Shown here in pieces: positions 60,501 to 64,000 of a stretch of DNA of 64,000 nt (within the stretch, counting starts at the first letter, position 1; every line of letters begins with the position of its first letter). The notes below the pieces were generated by a model. That model was not told where the DNA came from and ran no database searches. It worked only from the letters and a program-made list of their open reading frames with translations. A program made the position numbers and the translations under genes. This stretch comes from Chiloscyllium plagiosum (Eukaryota). The DNA is taken from positions 6,073,988 to 6,137,987 of the forward strand of contig NC_057718.1 of the NCBI RefSeq assembly GCF_004010195.1. Direction: 5' to 3'.

Positions 60501-62199
60501 TTTCCTTTCCCATTAGGCATTAGGTCAGTTTTTAAGGCAAACAGCAGTTATGTAGTTGGCATCAGGTGTGCTGTTTTTTTAACTCCAGATTCAACGTTCA
60601 CCATATGACATGATGGGGGGATTTGAACTTACATCTCCAGAACATTAACTAGAATCCTGGACTACTAGCCCAGCGGCATTTCCACTACACTATCTTTACT
60701 CTAATACAGAAGCATGTTCCATCATTCAGTTGGATCATGGCTGGTCTGTATAAAAACTCCATCTACTCCTGATGAAGAGCTTATGCCCAAAACATTGATT
60801 CTCCTGCTCCTTGGATGCTCCCTGACCTGCTGTGCTTGTCCAACACCACACTCTCAACCCTTAATACCCGTGCCCATCAAACATCTTGCTTTGCCATGTT
60901 GAATTGATTCCCAACTCTACAGCATTTTCGGAAAGATCGTTCTGGATTTCCACCTCCCTTTTCATGAGGAAGATCTTCCTAATCTCACCCTGACTCTTAT
61001 TTTAATGTCATGTCCTCTAACAGAGGTGGTATCTCTCATTTCTGGGGGGCCCTTCTTACCCTGTACAGTTCAGTATAACAAACTGTTGCAATCACCAATT
61101 AAACCTGGAGACAGGATGAGCTCGAGGTGAGTTAAAGAACACAGATTGGCTCTCAAGTACCACGAAAGCATTGTCTATTCACCTAACAATTTCTCATGCA
61201 AGGTGCATTTGAATGTTCCACCTATGTCCCTACGATTGTGGATCCAGCTCCCTCACACTGTCACGTAATAACACCTCTCCCCACCCAGCACCCTGCATAA
61301 TTGACTGTATCTCTACTGATGTGGATCCATCTCCCTCACACTGTCACTCAGTAACCCCTCTCCCTTCAGTGCCCTGCGTTACTGACTGTTTTTCCACTGA
61401 TGAGGATCCAGCTCCCTCACACTCTCACTCAGTAACCCCTCTCCCCCAGCGTCTGGTGTTACTGACTGTATCACTGTTGAAGTTAATCCAGCTAAATTGT
61501 ACAGTCACTCAGTGACCCCTCTCCCCCCAAGACCCTGTATTACTGACCCTATCACTATTAAAGTTAATTCAGTTAAATTGCACAGTCACTCAGTAACCCC
61601 TCTCCCCCCAGCACTATGTTACTGACTGTATCTCTATTGATGTTAATCCAGCTAAATTGCAGTCACTCAGTAACCGTTCTCCCCCCAGCACCGTGTTACT
61701 GACTGTATCTCTATTGATGTTAATCCAGCTAAATTGCAGTCACTCAGTAACCATTCTCCCCCCAGCACCATGTTACTGATTGTATCATTATTGATGTTAA
61801 TCCAGCTAAATTGCACAGTCACTCAGTAACCCTTTCCCCCCAGTGCCTGGGGTTACTGACTGTATTTCTCTACTGATACAGTTATAGCTCTCTCTCTCGC
61901 ACTTTACCCTCTGTGATGGCTCCCCAAGTACCTTGTGTTACTGATTGTATCAATAGAGATAGTGTCCCAACTCTCACTTGCAAGTTGAAAGTTTATTGTT
62001 CCTCCCTTGCCCTCTTGTCAATGATAGTTTGCACCTCAATACTTACAAGTCCTCTCCTGCACGTGGACTCCAGGTCCCTCGAGGTTTGGCAGCTGAGTGT
62101 AAATGACGGCCTCATAAAGGGAATCTGGGGAAAGCCCAGTGAAACAATGGCTGGTTTCAGCACCACTGATGGTTACCTCTTGATGACCACCGGCATAAG
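6496..62199 (-). CDS. COL12A1-like: FACIT collagen, alpha-1(XII)-like; partial gene, 15 coding exons in window (FN3 end, Pro linker, vWA, TSPN, start of COL2 helix)
   Basis: Manually spliced exons join in one frame with AG acceptors and GT donors (one GC). Domain order and motifs match the C-terminal NC3/COL2 region of collagen XII/XIV as I recall them. Exact orthology is unresolved. Confidence 0.93.
7110..7432 (+). mobile_element. Old CR1 LINE 3' fragment
   Basis: RGHSL..F..QR.V..WNS-like decayed coding and ...actctatg tail. Confidence 0.65.
7674..7727 (-). CDS. COL12A1-like: Collagen exon: triple helix ([18 protein letters not shown])
   Basis: Classic 54-nt Gly-X-Y exon; gacag acceptor, gtgagt donor. 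Confidence 0.94.
8275..8361 (-). CDS. COL12A1-like: Collagen exon: NC3/COL2 junction ([29 protein letters not shown])
   Basis: cttcag acceptor, gtaagg donor, 87 nt, phase 0-0; CP...CxC followed by Gly-X-Y. Confidence 0.94.
8557..8762. mobile_element. Penelope-derived fold-back (inverted terminal) element with 16-bp TSD
   Basis: Inverted arms aaaatgtgttgctggaaaagcgcagcagg.../...cctgctgcgcttttccagcaacacatttt; TSD tctactttggcattta at 8541-8556 and 8763-8778. Confidence 0.8.
8913..9228 (-). mobile_element. HE1-like V-SINE (tRNA head, V-domain, LINE-derived tail)
   Basis: tggcacagtggttagcactgctgcctcacagc head, gtgtctgcgtgggtttcctcc V-domain, (aatct)n tail. Confidence 0.88.
9985..10445 (+). mobile_element. 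CR1 LINE 3' fragment
   Basis: [54 protein letters not shown], typical of the CR1 ORF2 C-terminus. Confidence 0.9.
10451..10694 (+). mobile_element. Putative solo LTR or short TIR element
   Basis: TG...CA termini with imperfect inverted ends (tgaaagaattctgca / tgcagttatttca) and internal aataaa; no TSD found. Confidence 0.4.
10846..10923 (-). CDS. COL12A1-like: Collagen exon: TSPN end ([26 protein letters not shown])
   Basis: ttacag acceptor, non-canonical gcaagt donor, 78 nt, phase 0-0; conserved FDIxC...D(K/R)CC motif. Confidence 0.92.
11750..12720 (-). mobile_element. Possible highly decayed LTR-retrotransposon integrase relic
   Basis: Only fragmentary motifs (WCRS, SDQG) in broken frames. 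Confidence 0.25.
12966..13338 (-). mobile_element. Penelope-like element 3' fragment: GIY-YIG endonuclease C-terminus plus pLTR
   Basis: Minus strand reads [37 protein letters not shown] (frameshift) [11 protein letters not shown]; the pLTR carries a hammerhead core. Confidence 0.85.
13043..13082 (-). ncRNA. Minimal type I hammerhead ribozyme motif (PLE-type)
   Basis: gca-CUGAGGA-u-GUCACCU(agac)AGGGGAC-GAAAC-GUC-ugc: intact core, stem II with one mismatch, 3-bp stem I, palindromic ACGU stem III. Confidence 0.7.
13544..13702 (-). CDS. COL12A1-like: Collagen exon: TSPN ([53 protein letters not shown])
   Basis: ctttgcag acceptor, gtaagt donor, 159 nt, phase 0-0; follows a ~24.6 kb intron. Confidence 0.95.
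14226..14520. mobile_element. Penelope-derived fold-back element with 12-bp TSD
   Basis: Inverted arms with CTGATGA-GGGC..GCCC cores; TSD ctgtgatatatt at 14214-14225 and 14521-14532. Confidence 0.78.
15641..15946 (-). mobile_element. HE1-like V-SINE
   Basis: Same family as 8913-9228. Confidence 0.88.
16002..16314 (+). mobile_element. HE1-like V-SINE (head-to-head with the previous copy)
   Basis: Full head, V-domain and (aatct)n tail. Confidence 0.9.
16971..17118 (+). mobile_element. Penelope pLTR fragment, inverted relative to the 12966 copy; hammerhead core mutated
   Basis: gcacttaggatgtcacctagacaggggacaaaacgtctgc; reverse-complement match to ~12968-13112. Confidence 0.8.
17270..17572 (+). 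mobile_element. Old CR1 LINE 3' fragment
   Basis: Decayed ..ctggaactctct..cctactcctgttcttatg tail. Confidence 0.55.
19243..19740 (-). mobile_element. CR1 LINE 3' fragment
   Basis: [55 protein letters not shown]. Confidence 0.88.
20316..20834. mobile_element. Possible non-autonomous TIR element (MITE-like)
   Basis: gggctgaattgtac start and taaaattcccc end, imperfect inverted; GC-richer than flanks. Confidence 0.3.
21150..21463 (+). mobile_element. CR1 LINE 3' fragment
   Basis: [36 protein letters not shown]; (ctatgact)n tail. Confidence 0.9.
21515..21990 (-). repeat. Tandem array of four diverged ~110-130 bp tRNA-like SINE monomers
   Basis: Each unit on the minus strand has an A-box-like gcagtgg/cagtgg and a B-box-like gttcaaatc/gttcacatcc, then gaggtgtg. 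Confidence 0.7.
22739..23083 (+). mobile_element. HE1-like V-SINE (older, with internal duplication of gatgtgcaggttagggtggatt)
   Basis: Family similarity. Confidence 0.85.
23090..23520 (-). mobile_element. CR1 LINE 3' fragment
   Basis: Reverse complement of the CR1 tail (ccattcaatatgatcatggctga...gactgtgacccctggttctggactcc). Confidence 0.75.
23540..23790. mobile_element. Two adjacent Penelope-derived termini; the first has a hammerhead-like core on +
   Basis: ctgaagaaggttcattggacccgaaacg core; direct repeat tacttatgaga flanks the first element. Confidence 0.65.
24788..25490 (+). mobile_element. Two CR1 LINE 3' ends in direct tandem
   Basis: ORFs 24736-25164 and 25225-25485 both encode [30 protein letters not shown]. 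Confidence 0.9.
26770..27178 (+). mobile_element. CR1 LINE 3' fragment
   Basis: [12 protein letters not shown]..; ctagagggcataggtttaagg; tail. Confidence 0.85.
27333..27500. mobile_element. Penelope-derived fold-back element (second terminal family)
   Basis: actcagcaggtctg.../...cagacctgttgagt inverted arms; related copies at 36995-37160, 38860-38960, 32540-32635, 62290-62400, 16605-16685. Confidence 0.6.
29058..30488 (+). mobile_element. 5'-truncated CR1 LINE (RT domain to 3' end), disabled, nested in an older minus-strand CR1 tail
   Basis: [37 protein letters not shown] 29802-30221; in-frame stops; host tail split at ~29053/30489. Confidence 0.92.
30820..31060 (-). mobile_element. CR1 LINE 3' fragment
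   Basis: Similar to the 19243 copy. Confidence 0.7.
32076..32366 (-). mobile_element. HE1-like V-SINE (diverged)
   Basis: Family similarity. Confidence 0.8.
33140..33505 (+). mobile_element. CR1 LINE 3' fragment inserted in an old Deu-domain-like SINE (32870-33130, 33506-33665)
   Basis: Closely similar to 10100-10445; flanks resemble the ggtgacactccaatgcagt Deu core and aagtgctttaggac tail. Confidence 0.8.
33908..34115. mobile_element. Young Penelope-derived fold-back element with 15-bp TSD and hammerhead core
   Basis: Near-perfect inverted arms; TSD ctttatttaacatgg at 33893-33907 and 34116-34130; minus-strand CTGAAGA-A-GGGC-TTAT-GCCC-GAAAC-GTC at 34003-34030. Confidence 0.85.
35817..36672 (-). 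mobile_element. Penelope-like element fragment (RT-endonuclease linker, assembly gap, 3' terminus)
   Basis: Minus strand [54 protein letters not shown], then (frameshift) [16 protein letters not shown]ys motif; ends in the same terminus as the fold-backs. Confidence 0.85.
36093..36316. other. Assembly gap (N run)
   Basis: Ns. Confidence 1.
37768..37968. mobile_element. Penelope-derived fold-back element (third terminal family)
   Basis: gacaagcaggaggctgg.../...ccagcctcctgcctgtc inverted arms. Confidence 0.6.
38266..38375 (-). CDS. COL12A1-like: Collagen exon: TSPN ([37 protein letters not shown])
   Basis: catag acceptor, gtcagt donor, 110 nt, phase 1-0. Confidence 0.93.
38690..39115 (+). 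mobile_element. CR1 3' fragment interrupted by a PLE terminus
   Basis: Similar to 4093-4380. Confidence 0.7.
40006..40220. mobile_element. Tc1/mariner-pogo-type MITE with TA target duplication
   Basis: TA|caggtcattctgctataatg ... cattacatcaggacaacctg|TA, imperfect 20-bp TIRs; splits an older retroposon tail (39845-40335). Confidence 0.7.
40387..40529 (-). CDS. COL12A1-like: Collagen exon: TSPN ([47 protein letters not shown])
   Basis: aaacag acceptor, gtgagc donor, 143 nt, phase 2-1. Confidence 0.94.
41770..42055 (+). mobile_element. CR1 LINE 3' fragment
   Basis: [29 protein letters not shown]. Confidence 0.8.
42143..42655 (-). mobile_element. CR1 LINE 3' fragment
   Basis: [37 protein letters not shown]. 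Confidence 0.88.
43438..43700 (+). mobile_element. HE1-like V-SINE containing an assembly gap (43586-43634)
   Basis: Family similarity; Ns. Confidence 0.88.
44150..44443 (+). mobile_element. Rex1/Babar-like LINE 3' end (tail also at ~59170-59228)
   Basis: [22 protein letters not shown] C-terminus, gcttttcattgtacttcggtacac 3' UTR, (aatc)n tail. Confidence 0.5.
44647..44827. mobile_element. Penelope-derived fold-back element with 16-bp TSD
   Basis: TSD cttgcttctcatgttg at 44631-44646 and 44828-44843; inverted arms. Confidence 0.82.
45158..45296 (-). CDS. COL12A1-like: Collagen exon: TSPN ([46 protein letters not shown])
   Basis: ttctgaag acceptor, gtaagt donor, 139 nt, phase 1-2. Confidence 0.93.
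45754..46011 (-). mobile_element. HE1-like V-SINE, 5'-truncated, inserted in a purine-rich tract
   Basis: Family similarity; (agatt)n tail on the + strand. Confidence 0.87.
46378..46416 (-). CDS. COL12A1-like: Collagen micro-exon: TSPN start ([13 protein letters not shown])
   Basis: Long pyrimidine tract plus ttacag acceptor, gtaggg donor, 39 nt, phase 1-1; resembles collagen XII SCPLIYLDGYTSP. Confidence 0.92.
46612..46849 (-). mobile_element. Diverged HE1-like V-SINE
   Basis: Family similarity. Confidence 0.7.
47773..47937 (-). CDS. COL12A1-like: Collagen exon: vWA end ([55 protein letters not shown])
   Basis: ttccttgcag acceptor, gtgagt donor, 165 nt, phase 1-1. Confidence 0.95.
48518..48734. 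mobile_element. Penelope-derived fold-back element with near-perfect TSD
   Basis: Inverted arms; actgtgatatggaa (48500-48513) / actatgatatggaa (48735-48748). Confidence 0.75.
49257..49400 (-). CDS. COL12A1-like: Collagen exon: vWA ([48 protein letters not shown])
   Basis: ttccag acceptor, gtaagt donor, 144 nt, phase 1-1; [10 protein letters not shown] motif; absent from the ORF track. Confidence 0.95.
49765..50015 (+). mobile_element. Old Deu-domain SINE-like relic (SacSINE1/AmnSINE1-related)
   Basis: ccaggctgacac...gaggaagtgctgcac...ctcaggtgg...cccatgacactattt resembles the Deu core as I recall it. Confidence 0.5.
50630..52100 (-). mobile_element. Fragmented CR1/L2-clade LINE (RT domain and 3' tail), with a short + strand CR1 piece inside
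   Basis: Minus strand [37 protein letters not shown]...[10 protein letters not shown] motifs; tail similar to 14560-14730. Confidence 0.7.
53995..54375 (+). mobile_element. CR1 LINE 3' fragment (old)
   Basis: ggactgagatgaggagaaatgtcttcacccagag.. Confidence 0.7.
56158..56281 (-). CDS. COL12A1-like: Collagen exon: vWA ([41 protein letters not shown])
   Basis: tttgttcag acceptor, gtacag donor, 124 nt, phase 0-1; GGNTKTG motif. Confidence 0.95.
57082..57221 (-). CDS. COL12A1-like: Collagen exon: vWA start ([47 protein letters not shown])
   Basis: ccag acceptor, gtgggt donor, 140 nt, phase 1-0; MIDAS DxSxS (DGSWS). Confidence 0.95.
58541..58858 (+). mobile_element. HE1-like V-SINE, full length and young
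   Basis: Nearly identical to 16002-16314. Confidence 0.9.
59844..59918 (-). CDS. COL12A1-like: Collagen exon: Pro-rich linker ([24 protein letters not shown])
   Basis: tttcctttgcag acceptor, gtgag donor, 75 nt, phase 1-1; PPTIPPAR motif precedes the vWA domain in collagen XII. Confidence 0.92.
61235..61952. repeat. Minisatellite, ~77-81 bp unit (actgactgtatctctattgatgttaatccagctaaattgcacagtcactcagtaacccctctcccccagcac..), ~9 copies
   Basis: Unit starts at 61381, 61461, 61542, 61621, 61698, 61775, 61855. Confidence 0.93.
62047..62199 (-). CDS. COL12A1-like: Collagen exon: C-terminal half of last FN3 repeat ([50 protein letters not shown])
   Basis: tttgaag acceptor, gtaagt donor, 153 nt, phase 1-1; [20 protein letters not shown] resembles collagen XII. 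Confidence 0.9.
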
Positions 62200-64000
62200 C
62201 TTCAAAACAAAGAGAGGCATGAATGAGTGCCCATTGAAAATGAAATACAATGGATACTGTCAACGTTTCAATGAGTCCAGTATGACTCAAACTGTTCTGA
62301 AAAACAGTCATATCGGACTCAAAACATACATTCTGTTCCTCACTCCACAGATGTTGCCAGACCTGCTGAGTTTCTCCAGCATTCTCTGCGTTTGTTTTAT
62401 GAATGAGTATTCAGTGTGAGCAGGCTAACATAATTCCTGCAGCGCATTTTGTATGAATTCTAAATCACAATAACTTATGCTGGAGACATAAAATACAACG
62501 TGAGCATCTAGAGTTTAAACTTAATGATAATCTTTATAAAGACATAGCTGTTACTTCTTTTTGATATTGTAGTATTTTGGTCATTAATATTCATGTAACA
62601 AATGTGAACTTTTCAAATTGGTCCACTGCGCAGCATCCTGTGTGGGAATCTATGCTGAGTTGTTTGTTGACCTATCCTTAGACGCTGCCAGTCAATTATT
62701 TGATATTGTCTTTCAACTGTTCACTTCCTTGGATTGAAATGTCCAGGAGTATCTGTGAAGCAGGAATATTTATTTCATTTCCCTTTGGATATCATCATTC
62801 ATTTAAGAAGGCCCTCGACTGACATATCAGTTTTCAAAGAGAGCTCTATGTAATGTAATACCAATGTTAGGGACCCTAAAATGCTGGAGGAAATTCTCCG
62901 GCAATCTTTTGGAATCACCAACACAAGGCTTATTCATGCAAATACAATATAAGGTGAATGCTCAGCATTAAAGTGAATGGGGATAGAGCAAGTAAGTATG
63001 ATTAAAACCAGAGAGCTGTGGTGGGGGAGTTTGCTCTTGAGCGAGCCTCATGATTTAACGACTATGGAACTTAACAATAATTAGACTGGGGTGTGTAGGA
63101 TGCAGACTTTCTGAATGTACCATGTAAGATAAACCAAAATAAAACCGCAGATGCCAGGAAATCTGAATAAAAAGATCATGGATACATTATGAAGATAAGC
63201 CAGTGTCTGTGCAGAGAATGGAGTAGGTGGCATTTTGTGCATAAGTCTTGACAGACAATCCACATTTAAAGCAGTTGTCTGTCCTCTTGGCCATCCTGCC
63301 TGATATTTTAAGACAGAAAGTTCTTTCAACATGAGCAAGTTTTGACAGACCTGGCTTAGCAGTGAGGTGGGTTGCAGATGGTGATGGCAGGGTTGGATAA
63401 GATCACATTATTCCTGGGGAATCTGAAGGAACCCACAAAATAATCTCAAACCCCTCCACGATTGTGCTGTCAGACTTTAATTCAGAAATTGGGAAGAAGT
63501 TTGCTGGAGGCAAGTAATCAGGATGAGGCTTGTTGAGTTTTCAGCCTTTTCTTTGCTTCCTAAAATTTCCAAAGTACTGGAATGGCATTCCATTGGTGTT
63601 ACCATTCATCAGCTCCATTCAGCTCTCCATTCACTCCTGTGAGTTTATAACAGGGCTAGAAGCAGAATCTGTAAAAACCTTTCCAACTATGCACAGCAGC
63701 AACTTAGAATCCCTCCCTATTTTCAACCTGACGACATGTCAAAAAACCAAGTAAGACTTTTTTTTTTTAGCTGACAGGCATTTCTGCTTTCCATTGATCT
63801 CCAAATCATGTGGCAGAATGGCAGTACAATGAAAACAGGAAATGCTGCTCAGCTCACAGATACATTTAGCTCTCTGACGGGGGCAGGTATATTTCCCTTG
63901 GATATTGTTTAAAATCTGTTTGTATAAAGAAGCATGTTTGTGCGTGTGCGTGAATGCGTGTAGGTGTACTGTGTGTATTTGTGTGTAGTGGTTGTCTTAG

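Noticed and set aside
63081..63338. Possible upstream FN3 exon (LKELSVLKYQAGW)
   Set aside because: Only superficial resemblance; it lacks the expected C-x-x-W..H..A..YR pattern and convincing splice sites. The preceding exon is probably beyond 64000.

Overview
This is AT-rich, repeat-dense vertebrate genomic DNA. The HE1/V-SINE-type SINEs, CR1 LINEs and Penelope-derived repeats suggest a cartilaginous fish (shark), which is an inference. The window lies inside one minus-strand FACIT collagen gene of the XII/XIV/XX family. I traced 15 consecutive coding exons (62199 to 6496, 1706 nt, phases all compatible): the end of the last FN3 repeat, a Pro-rich linker, a complete vWA domain with intact MIDAS, the TSPN/LamG-like domain and the start of the COL2 triple helix. 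The gene continues beyond both ends. The protein is closest to collagen XII but has several collagen XIV-type features, so it may be a distinct paralog. One intron has a GC donor. The introns hold CR1 fragments, several SINE families, MITEs, two minisatellites (one apparently amplified from a CR1 ORF2 segment) and many Penelope-derived termini. Many of the latter are TSD-flanked fold-backs with minimal hammerhead-ribozyme motifs. No CRISPR, rRNA or true tRNA genes were found, and most ORF-track ORFs are repeat-derived or spurious.
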